A stretch of DNA of 64,000 bases. Source: Amoebophrya sp. A120 (taxonomy: Eukaryota > Protista > Dinoflagellata). The notes beneath the pieces are model-generated. The model was not told where the DNA came from and searched no databases. It saw nothing but the letters and a program-made list of their open reading frames with translations. Position 1 is the stretch's first letter; each line of letters begins with the position of its first letter. Positions 24,546 to 35,641 of this stretch are shown one piece after another. The translations under genes were made by a program, and so were the position numbers. The stretch spans positions 1,740,281 through 1,804,280 of the forward strand of contig CAJINV010000013.1 in NCBI GenBank assembly GCA_905178155.1, given 5' to 3'.

Positions 24546-24593
24546 GGGTATAGAAAATGCAATCCCAAGAACAAACTTAAAAATTTTACATGC
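24546..24593 (+). repeat. Left terminal inverted repeat
   Basis: GGGTATAGAAAATGCAATCCC-aagaacaaa-CTTAAAAATTTTACATGC, directly after TTAA. Confidence 0.82.
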
Positions 24594-26191
24594 TCTGCTC
24601 CGTGCGCGGAAAACAAAGCGAGCGCACGCTTTGCATTATGAAAAACGAAACTGCTAGGAATTTATAGATGGCAGCGACTATACAGAGGCGCAAAACGATT
24701 TCGGTTGGAGAAAGGTAGTAGTTTGCATTACAAAATACACTGATAAGCAATCACAAGATAGCTGCACCCAATGCATGAATAAGCAGCAGCTATACAGTTT
24801 CAACGAAAGCACTACAGGCGGCCGCACTTAAAATTTTCTACGACGTTGCAGTACGTGGGTACTGGTAGCGATTTGTGTAGCGCGGCAAGCTCGCAACTGA
24901 AGATCCAAGTAGAAGCGCACGAGAGCGCCGCTGTTCCGGGGATGCACAGGTCCTGAGAATGTTAGTTTTTTTCATTGAGACGCCAGAGATGAGAACTAAT
25001 GACGAAGCGAAGTGAGGTAGAGAGAGAGTAGCCGCGCGCGTCCTTTTTCAATTAAAAAAAACCTTTAGCAGATGTGTCGCCATGAGGGCGAGCCCGCTAT
25101 GGGCGGCGCTGGGGCGCCTTTTTGTGCTACTTTTGCCGAGCGGCGGGGGAAGGCGCGCGCTTTGATTCCATCCGGGAGAGAATGGAAAAAAAAGCCCCCG
25201 CCCGGGCGCCCCTGGGCTTTCGTTCAAGGGCGCCAATGGGCGAGGATCGCGGAAAAGCGAAGCAAAGCCTTCCGCAGCGCCTGCGGGAGGCAATCGCTTC
25301 CACTTCCGCGCGGGGAACGAAAAGGGGCGCGGCCTTGCTTCTGGTTTACCGGTATCGCGCCGGAGACCCCGGCACGGTCCTCGGCCGATTTGGCGCCGGT
25401 TCCCCCGTACTGGGGGCCGCCGCGAAAGTGGGCCCCCCCTTCTCTCTCCGCGCTATGCGCCAGCTCCGGCAATTGTAGCACGCACCAACTTCGGCCCCTT
25501 GGCCATGTATTTGGCCGCTGCGGCCTACTGCCAGAAATGGCGCAACGTTCGGGGCTTAAAGTCGCCCCGCAATTGGTACCCTTAGCGGCTTGGCCGCGCG
25601 GGCGCTTTATGGAAGATGGCCCGCAACCAGGTGGCGCCGCGTCTGCGGAAAGACGGCAGCCAGCCTGACACCTTGCCGACGTAATGTCGCCGTGCCCACG
25701 CGCGCTGTTTTGAATAAGTTGTGAATCACCGCGGCCCTCCAGAATGAAGGAGTTTATTTTTTTCCGATGATGTTCACGTGAAGAATTACACGAGATGACG
25801 TTGCAAACATTTTGTGGCGAGTTAATGTCTTTCAATATTACAATTTGAACCACACAGCGCGACCTACCAACTGCTTTCGTTCCACCACGCAGGCAGACCT
25901 TTGGTGCCCACAGCCTCGACACCCACCAGCAGCGGCTCAGCCCGTATTAGACCTGCGGCGCGGTTGAAGGGCCACCGGCATCGGTGCTTTTCATTTCCAT
26001 AGACTGTTGATTGATGTTGTTTGTGTGCAGAAGAAGTTCTATTTGTTTATGCTTGGAGTCGAGCAGATGTTTGTGCATTTTTGCACCAGCTATGCAGATG
26101 CGCCCGAGCTGTCTAGTGTGATGCGCGCAGCTTGGGAAACTTATTTCATGTAAAAAACACAACCTTAAACTACATCCCAGGTTCGTGCAGC

Positions 26192-26882
26192 ATGAATTTC
26201 ATGCCGTTGCTCATGGTCGAGGTCGAGCCGGACTACCGCCTTATTGATCGCCATGGCCGTGTGAGCAAGTACTTCTCCCTCACCGCCAGCTCCGTGCACT
26301 CAACGCGTCGTGTTTTTGTTGGAGTAACTCGGACGAGCGTCGTGTTTTTCTACAAGGCCAGGGATCCCACAGTGCAAGAGCTACGAAATAGAACTGCAAA
26401 AGCGGCTGCTTTGAATACAGTGATGATTTGCATTACAGATTATATGTGCCTTGCATGCCAAAAAGAAAGCGAACATGTACTGGCTGCATAATGTTGGCAT
26501 TCAAATCAAAAAGCTTTTGCAGTTTTATTTTGCATACCCGGACGAGGTCGCGATGATGCCAGGACGACGATCGCCACTGTTCGATGCCGCCAAGAACATG
26601 CCTTTGCCGCGTTTTGGATTAAGTAGTTTTATTAGTTTACATTGGAAGCGATACGCAAGTGCTCTGCTGCGAGAACGTCTGTGCATTTCAATTCCACGAT
26701 CAGTGTACTATCGTGGTGTGACTGAGAAAGCATATGACGAATGGCATGCAGACCGTATAGAAAGTCGCCAAGCATGGCTACGCGCTTGGTTCTGCCGACC
26801 CAGACCCATTTTTGTAAAGGAATTATACAGCTGCGTGGATCGAAGCAAGAGTAGCAGCAGTGTGGTAGAAGAAGTGGACTAA
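26192..26882 (+). CDS. Cargo gene A, hypothetical (exons ~26181-26419, 26523-26882; 5' exons possible)
   Basis: ORFs 26132 and 26451 join via phase-0 GT-AG intron 26420-26522. No recognisable domain. Confidence 0.55.
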
Positions 26883-27674
26883 TAAACAACGCAGATGTAC
26901 TATTGTGCGTTACCGTGATTCAATTGGCCCGTGTTATACAGAACTGCAGCTCTGCGGCGAGGAGCATTCTTTGCGTCGGTTGATGCTACATGTACCGTGT
27001 TCAAGTTTGCACAGCTGCTCTGTCTATTCGATAATCAAACGAAAATCTTCTGCGCCAAAACCACAACAAAAGCGTTCCTATGTCGAGGCTGTGATCAAAA
27101 AAAATTTCTAGAGTTGTGATTTGTGGGTTGTGTGAACGAGTTGTAGAACCAACAAAATGCATCAGAGTTGTGAATTATTTTTTTGCGCATTGCCGGATAC
27201 GTTGTGAAGCATAGATTTATTGTGGAAAAAAAGCCTGTCTCACGTGTGCGTGTGAAGTCTGTGTTTTTTGATGAGCTGAAAGCAAGAAGTGTGGGCGTGT
27301 GTGAAGAGTCTGTTGTTTTGTTTTGATATTGGAATCAACTTGAAATACCTATGCAGCGCTCTTGTTTTTGAAATGTATTTGTGCTTCTTGATATTGTCTT
27401 CATAAGAATTACTGCTAGCATTGCACCTGTGCGCTCTTTGATCCCCATAATTCCAACTAATTCCCACAATTGAAAAACTGCCCTTCCAATCACGCTGCTT
27501 TCCCAAATTCATGCTCTTTGGCAAATTGCATTACAAATTTTGACTTTTTTCGCATTGCGTCATCTTTTCGCATTGCGCGTTCGTCTTCTTTTCCAAAGCA
27601 AGCCCGTAGCTGAGAGATTGACGAATAATTGCGAATTTTACCTGAGGCGAAGGCAAATCAAACATCTTTTAAAG

Positions 27675-30380
27675 ATGGCAGATAATAACGCAGGAGGTGG
27701 AGGAGGACCTGGTGGTGCTGGCCAAGAGCAACAGGCGGTTGCTCGCGGCAACTTGCTCGAACTGACAAACGTCAGAAAGCGATCTGGCGGAGTAGCATCG
27801 ACTTTGCTTAATGCAGTGACCGGTCAGGTCAGTCGGTCCTGGACCCAGTTGAGTTTAGTGATGCTACTCAAAATGCTGCAGGTGGCGCTACAAGATTCCA
27901 TTGAAGTGCTAATTTTGTTTTTTTGTTATTGTTTTGTGATGATTTGATGCGTGGCATGTGGTTGTTGTTGATGCAAAATAAACTATTCAATAAATTCATC
28001 ACTACAGCTGGGAGAACTGCAGCTGGTCTGCACGTCCTGCGCCAGAATGTTATTAGCAATTCTGGTGATCACAAGAACGCCCAGTCCGCCACAGCTTGGG
28101 ACCTTCCCGCGTTCCGGGCGTAACCTGTTACTTACGAAATACAAAAACCGCGCGAATTTGGCATGCATGTGGTGCATTATTGTGTCATGCAAAGATTTGC
28201 ACTCGCCTTCATCCACAGGCATTTACACCGGCGCTTGAGAATTTCGTAAGTTTTTAGTTTCATACCAGTACTGCTCCACGCCGCCACTGCCCGGATGACG
28301 TGCAGCTACCGCCAGAGTTGGCAGGACGTACTATTTTTTTTTTAATGTTGGCGCTTTGATGAAATCATGATGCTTTTCTTCATGCAGGATTTGCAAACTA
28401 AATTATACTACTACAACATTGCCAGGCTTGCCACATTTTGGATGGCTTGCAAAACGCCAGCGAGCGCCGGATCCTGGAAACTTGGTTTCGGATGCTGCAC
28501 CACTTTCACAGTCCGGATTTGGACGACGACATGGTCAACGGCCTGTGGCAGGAAGTATGAAAATGACAGATATAGCAAAGCAGCTACTGTTGCATGTAAA
28601 AATTACAAAGCAGTTTTGTATTTGCAAGGAGTGCACGTTTGTAGTATGGCTGCATAAATTTTGTGCTTTGTTATATTTTCAGTTGCATACGTGTACATCG
28701 CTCAGTGGCAGCCCAGCATGGTCGGCCTCGGCGAGTTCACGTTGAATTCACCCGAGCGTGCCCGTCCGCAACGGCAGCTGTTCGCCCCGGTCTTGATGGA
28801 CGCTCCCCGTGTCGCCCCGGAGCAAAACCCGGCTGCTGACGGAGGTAATCCCCCTGCTGCGCCCGCAGCTCCTGCTGTTGAAGCTGCCGCTCCGGCTCCG
28901 GCCGCGGACGAGGGCGTTGAGATGCCCGACGCCAATCCGGTTCCGCCGAAAGCTCCGGCTCCGGTCGTGCCCAACACGCCCGTCGCGGTGAAAGCTCCGG
29001 TTCCGAAGGCCAACCCCGCGCCGAAGGCCAAACCCGCGGCACCCGCGGCTGCTGCGGCTGCGCCGGAGGCCCCGACCACGACCGGTATGATTTTTTTTTG
29101 TTTCAATGAAGTCATGATTCAAAATTGCATGTTTTCATGAAAATATTTTACATGCAAATCATCTACTCCGCAGGTAATGACATGAGCGGCATGTTGGCGA
29201 TGCTCCAGCAGATGATGAGCACGGCGATGCAGTCCATGATGGCCGACTTGAAGGCCGAAGTGAAAGAGACTGTGATGACCGAGATGGCCGTGGCGAACTC
29301 GTTGAGCGACGCCGTCCCCGAGGAACAGCTTGAACAACCCCCGATCATCATCAGTGCTGCCGGTGTCCAGGACGGCGGTGTCTCCAACACCGCGAGTGCG
29401 AACTTGCAGACCCCGATCTCCCAGTCCGGCTTGCCGGTGCGGCAGTTGTTTCTGTCGGGAGAATCTGTCGGTCCGAAGGCTCCCCCCAGTGGGAAGGCTG
29501 GTATAACATCGTTTGTCATGGAGATAGAACTTGTGACGAGGCGGCATGAGTTTTGCAATGCTATATTTGTCCACTTTCTTTACAACAGCTGCGAAGCAGG
29601 GTGCAGTGACCTCGTCTGTCAACCCCGCTGCTGCCGATGCGAAGCCGAAAGCCGTGAAGAAGACGCTGCTACCGCCGGGTAAGATGTTTTTTGTTTTCAA
29701 ATATGAGCGTGTGCATGATGTGGCATTTTCTAAATAATTTTACTTCATAACTAATAACAGAATCTTCTCCGGTTCCGAAGGCTGTTCCGAAGGCTGCGCC
29801 GTTGTCCTCTGGTTTCAAAAAGAAGGAGTTACCCAAGACGACCCGCATGTCCAATCAGTCCGTGACCCCCGCGATCGCGCAGCCCGCCCCTGCGGCGGAA
29901 GCTCCGGCTGCTGCTTCGACCACCGCGGCGTCCTCGGGTGTGAATGTGACCATCGGCGCTGCTGCTGTGAACACGCCCGTGGTGTCCTCGACCGTGAGCG
30001 TGACCGTGCCGGACACCGAGGTCGTCGACCCCGCTGCCAAGCGTCGTCGTCTCTCGAGTACTACTGCGTCTGAAGCGAACTCTGTTATTCCGCCCGCCTA
30101 TGATCCGAACCTGACCTACAGCGCGAACCTGGGCCGTGGTGTGCCGATGGACGTTTTGATGAGCCAGTCCATGTTGAACCAGCAGGAGGAGATGCGTACC
30201 GCGATGCACTGTGATCAGCCCGAAGTTGAGATTCCGGAAGACGAAATCGCGGACTGGATCAACCCGCAGCCTGTCATGATCACTGGTGATAACGGCACCC
30301 AGATCCCGTTTGTCGACCCCACGCCGGATTCGGACGGCGATGTCGTTGATGAAGAAGATGATCTGTTGAAGGAGGATTAA
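27675..30380 (+). CDS. Cargo gene B, multi-exon Pro/Ala-rich protein with NLS-like motif and acidic tail
   Basis: Start MADNNAGGGGG. GC-rich exons (28683-29084, 29174-29500, ~29590-29678, ~29761-30380 plus small 5' exons) separated by AT-rich GT-AG introns. PAAKRRRLS motif; DEEDDLLKED terminus. Confidence 0.7.
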
Positions 30381-31164
30381 AGTGATTCTGAATCATCGGT
30401 GTAGAAAAACAGAGACTTTTCGCTACGGCAGATGTTAAATGAATTGAAGTTAGAGCTCCTTGCTAAGTTTATTGTTTAAAAGTGAGTCGAGTTCATCTTC
30501 ACCTTCTTGATGCATGTCTTGTAAAATTTTTTGTTTTCCAGCAGCAAGCGCATTTCAGTGTCAGTGTTTATAAAAATTTATGAATTTTATTTTCCATTTT
30601 ATCGGGCGGATAAGCTGGTGGAAAAGTTTTTACACAGTTTTTTTGGGAATAGGGTTCCCCATAGTGTCACAGTTCCTACGCCGCGTCATGTGCGGTAGAC
30701 TTATTTTCGGTTTACAACTACTGATGCCGTAGTATGTCATGTTTCTTGTCCCGAAAGCGATTGACTTTTCATCAATGCAATGTACGCGAAATAGCGACGT
30801 GAAAAAGCAACTGTACCTGTTACCGCGAACGAGCCTGCTGCTTGAGTGGGACCATATCAATGTTTTTTTGGGAAAAATCAAAAATGAATAGGAATACTCA
30901 GCACGGCAATGCGCAGCTTCTTTCTCATGTCAATATGATTTGTGTACGTCGAGTTTTGTGGTCGTGCGATGGTTGATGAGGCAAAAGCGCAAGGATGAAT
31001 GACGCCACGTTGCTGATGATGAAGATAAAACTACTTTGCGAAGTTTTGGTGTGAGAGAGTGACGCTGGTATGTGTCAGTCACAATGCGAATGCGTGTCAC
31101 AAGTTTGTCGGCTGTGATAATTAGAAAACAATGAGAGATAGATAAAAAGCACGCAAGTGTAAAG

Positions 31165-31761
31165 ATGCAAAGAAGAGCTGCGTTCGCGGGCACTTCGCCC
31201 GTGGACCTGGATTTGGAAGCGACGGATATCACCGATATTCCGCTCATCGCAGTAAACGAGCTTCTTCTCGGTTTACCTCTTGAAGTGTTCGTCAAAACCG
31301 TCCGCCAGTTGCAGCAAACCACCCGAAAGGACTACGCAAAAGACCCGCAGAAAGGACATCTTCAGCCGAGTAATCTTCGCAACAAGACCCTCAGCTTGAT
31401 GATGCAAGCTTTCCAAGACGAGACTGCGAATCTCGTGCTGCAGCGGCAGGGACAGTCGAAAGAAGCGGAGAAACAACCATGGGTGTACGCCATGCCGGGA
31501 GAAACCGGTCCCGACTTGGTATCGGTTGACGGGTTTTTGGCTTTGGCCAACATGCGATGCAACAAATACTACAAGGAGGCGTTGTCTTCGCGGAAAAAAC
31601 GACCACTGGAGCATAGTAGTGAGCACTTCGCGAAAATTTTTGCAGAAGCCCTGTTGCGACCGCTGGAAGCGTGTGGGAAGGAGTCCGTGATTTTTGACGA
31701 CGTGAAGCTAGGACACGAGGTCGAAGCATCCGCCTTCCAGTGTTTCTGTATGAACTGCTGA
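31165..31761 (+). CDS. Cargo gene C, hypothetical 198-aa protein
   Basis: Single ATG-initiated ORF with coding-like composition, SRKKRP basic motif and CFCMNC end. Confidence 0.65.
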   Translation: MQRRAAFAGTSPVDLDLEATDITDIPLIAVNELLLGLPLEVFVKTVRQLQQTTRKDYAKDPQKGHLQPSNLRNKTLSLMMQAFQDETANLVLQRQGQSKEAEKQPWVYAMPGETGPDLVSVDGFLALANMRCNKYYKEALSSRKKRPLEHSSEHFAKIFAEALLRPLEACGKESVIFDDVKLGHEVEASAFQCFCMNC

Positions 31762-33032
31762 TGCGTCGCGCTCCTCTATCACGCACAGAAGCGCTTGTAT
31801 TGTACTAAACTACATATTTTTGTGATAGTTGTGTGATAGCGGAGCGTGACGCATTTGAGTTGCATACTGGACGGCTCTGGTTGGATCACTTTCACGGGGA
31901 ATGCTTGTATACTTATTTTTTTATAGTTGTATTCCAACTTCAGTTGAATTATTTTGGGAACAATATGTTTCGTGCACTTGTGAGCATTTCATGAGAATAG
32001 AATTTGTGGCTTGTTCAAATTGAGAAGGGATTTTACAAGCGCTCGCTTTTGCACGGCGACCGAGACCATATAGGGCAGTCTAAGAAATTTAAAGCTCGCG
32101 AAAATGCATCACTTTCTGCATAAAACACGCAAAGCAGAAATGTTGCGCTCCGGCAAAACAAAAAGCGCGCTACCTGGAAGCTAGCAAAGCTTCCAGAAGC
32201 GCGAGGGACGAATTTCTGCCAATGCTTACCCAAGACATGCGGCTGCTTTTCATGTTGCGCGCATTTTAGGAAATGACGTGCCGACATTGGCGTACTCAGT
32301 GCGCGCGCGCGTGTGCGCGGGCGCTTGCACATCGCCAGTCGCAAGCACAAAAACAAGCGCAATTTCAAGCATCAAAAAAAGCGCAAAAACTTGCGCAATT
32401 TTGAGCATATTTTCGCGCGCTTTTTCGCGCGCAAAAAAAAGCACGCGAACCGAGGCCATGCCATGCAGTCTAAGAAATTTTCAGGTAGTGCAAAATGCAT
32501 GGCTTTTTGCTGCGCAAAACAGAGCATAAAAGCGAGCACTTTTCACAGCGCAAAAAAAAGCGTCCACAAATAGAGCTCCCAAACTCCTAAAACTCTACTT
32601 GAGGGCGCTCTTGCAGTAGGGCATCTTGTGCATTTTCGCGTGCTTTAACGCGCGCTGCAACTTGATGCAGCGCAAAAAATTGCACATCATCACGTTGCAG
32701 CATGTGAAAAAGCATAAAAAATAGCGAAAAAAAGTAGCAGCTCCACGCCTGCGCGCGGATAGCGTGTCTTTGGCATGCAGCTGTTGTTTTTCAATGGTTT
32801 CGCGGCTGGAGATGGAAATCAAGCATTTGTTTGTGTCCAGGTTATTTCATTTTCCGCAACAAATGTGTTTGTGGGCTGTCGCCAGAGCCGAGCGTGCAAA
32901 TGTCGCAGCCACAAGCCGTGACATTTGTCTCTGGGCCTGATGGTCTGGAGAAATAGCAGTAATTCTATGTTTTCGCTTGTTCTGACACAACCATGCTGAA
33001 GCGTCAGCTTTAAATTCGTATTAAAATCTCAG

Positions 33033-33959
33033 ATACTCCGGCGCGGAGCATCTCAGTCGTGGACCTTCTGACATGGTTTTTGCAATTCGGATCATCGAAG
33101 GTACTACTTCTGGCTGTGATGCAACAAAAAGCACGCTTTTTTGCATGACAAATTATGACGCTTTTCTTCAGTCCGATCATCGTACCATGACGCGTTCGAA
33201 GCTAATGCAAAAACTATATTTCCCAGGGGTTGGACCACATGGCAGATTTTTTCAACGCGGCGTACGCGGAAATTTTGGAAACCTGGCCAAAGGATCAAGC
33301 TGCGAGCTTGGGTATACTTCTTGAGCTTGGTTTGGTTGCATTTATGAAAAACATGCATTGTGATTTGTCATGCATGCTTTATAATTTTTCGAAACAAATC
33401 AGGTTGCCAGTTGGTCGACAAGACGCCGGCGATCGTCACGATTGGAGAGCCCGGTCGACACAACAAGCCGTTCGATCAACTAATCCACTGGTGTGCGGCT
33501 CCCTACAATCCAAAACTCAAACCGAACCTCGAACAATCGCGGATCATCCTGGTTTGGGGATACCTGTGCTGGTTAATGGAGGTGGTGAAGGTGAGCCAGA
33601 TGATGTGGAGCAGGTATGGAAAGCCGATTGGAGTCGCATTGGACGGTGTGCGACTCGGCGGTCGCGAATTTGTCCAGACGAGAATCAGAGGTCCGTGGTT
33701 AGACGAAGTCGACGAATTCTTCACCCTCAACCTCTTCGTCGTCGCGATGCCGGAAGCTAGCTTTGCAGAAATCAAGAAATTTTTGAAGCGATTGGACCAG
33801 GCGGATTACTCCTTCTCGTACCAGGAAAAGAAATATTCTTGCTGGATGTCGGCGCTGTTGCAAATCCTGGCAGCGCTTTGCGGTTGGGGTCGAATAGTTG
33901 GGGCCGGCGCGATGGATGATCATTTTGCTTCCTTTTTCTCTCGGATTTCTCCAACCTAA
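33033..33959 (+). CDS. Cargo gene D, divergent macrodomain-like protein (exons 33033-33100, 33227-33311, 33403-33959; first exon upstream)
   Basis: Phase-compatible GT-AG introns. VVDLLTWFLQFGSSKGLD, AIVT, LIHWCAAPY, L-WGY--WL and IGVALDGVRLGG follow macrodomain motif order (IVNAAN..GGGVD, AVIT, VIHTVGP, L--AY--SL, SIAFPAISTG). Confidence 0.5.
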
Positions 33960-35641
33960 GAAATTTTTTTAGCCACCACGCACCGAGGCCGGGCCCACCG
34001 AGCAGAATTGTCCAGGGTCTCGCCTGTGCGGCCCCAAAAAGAAGCGGCGTCGCACATGTTGGGCCGCTTGCGGTTGCGCCGGTGCTCTTGGGGGCCCGGC
34101 CGCCGCGCTGGGTTGTGGCATTGCGGGGGCCCTTGCGGAGGGGCAGTGGGGTGTTGGCGCGGTCGGTCCAGGCCGCGCAGGCGCCCACCTGGCGCGGGGG
34201 CCTGGCGCAAACTGGCCAGCCGAGGCCGGGAGCCGAAATGAAGCAGGAGGAAAGGGGGGCGCGGGTCCTTGCATGGGCCACACTGGGGAGGGGAGAGGTC
34301 GCGGCCAAGCTTGGTAGAGCGCGTGAAGCGCGGGCGTCCGTCCCATGCCAGGCAAGGAGCACCGAAGCTGGGAGGAGACACAGAGCACAGGATCCATGCT
34401 CGGCCGGGGGCCTGCGGCCCGCAACCAGCGGGGCGCCCCCGCGAAGGCAGGGATCGGCGCGGCGCCTTCGCCATGTCCCGGGCGGGCTCATTTCGCGTCC
34501 AATATCCCCGGTCCCCTTTCTGAATCCCGGCGCCCCAGTTTTCGCCGTCCTTCCGAAGAAGGGTCGCGCGAAAACTTATGATCATCATTTTCTTCAGATT
34601 TTCTCATTATTTTCTCACCATTTTCTCATCATTTTGTCCAGCCGACAAAATGATGAGGTCGCTATAACCGTGGTCGTTAGCTCGTGGAACGGACAAAATA
34701 ATGGGTGTGTGTTTGAGAAAATAACTAGAAAATCTGAAGAAAATAATTTGTAAGATTTTTCATAATTTTCTCCTGTTCTTTCCGAGGTCCCGGACAAGAA
34801 GTTCCGGGCGCCGGGAGAAAATCTGGAGAAAATTGTGACAAAATGATCGCCCAGAAAACGGCCCCCGCCGAATCGCCCCGCGCGGGTGTTTTGGTTGGGG
34901 CACACAAGGGGCCCGGCGCACCGGCGCCATCCCGAGCGCCTTCCCTGCTTCGCGTCTGGGCTAGCTGGCTCTTCTGCCGGCGTGGCACTTCTACGGCCAA
35001 ATAGCCTGCGTTCTTCGGTCGGCCCCACTTAAATTGAGAGGCAACCGCTAACAAAGAAACAACCAGGGGCCAAAATACACACGCACCGAGCGCCCGCGGG
35101 CCTCCGTTTGGGTGGCCCCGCCCCCTCCCCAGTCTCCCGGCCTCTTTTGCCTGCGCAACCCCAGCCCCCCGGTGCGTCCGGCTTGGCGACCGGCCGTCTG
35201 CCTACGGCGCATCACGGCCCAACCCGCGGCGGCTTTATGTTTTAGAGATCAGGCCGGTGTGGCGACATGATCCCGGCAGGAGTTGGCGCGGCCCGCTGTT
35301 TTTGCCGGGCCGAATTTCCGTGCGAAGGCTTGGGGCCGCGCCTTCATCTAGCGGGCGCCGGGCGCTCTCGGGGTCCCGGGGTGGAAAAGTTTTTTTTTCA
35401 AAGAAAAACCGAAGAAATCCGGCAGCAATCTGGGTTGCGTCATTCATCAAACCACGCCGGCCCCAAGAATAGGAGTTGACCAACCCTGCTGCTTCGCCAT
35501 GGATAAATGCAGCGGAAACAGTTACCCGGCTTGGAGAAGTGAACGGGGAGATGTATGAAACAAATTACTCACGTTCTGCCCACGTGCATATTTAGCATAT
35601 TGCAAGCGGTTGTTTTTTGATGCGGATGCGCTACAGACTAG

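Noticed and set aside
25048-25922. GC-rich ORFs at 25072 (+) and 25224 (-), and similar ones at 33772-35483
   Set aside because: Open on both strands because of high GC; low-complexity R/P/G/A translations without domain features. Treated as non-coding spacers.
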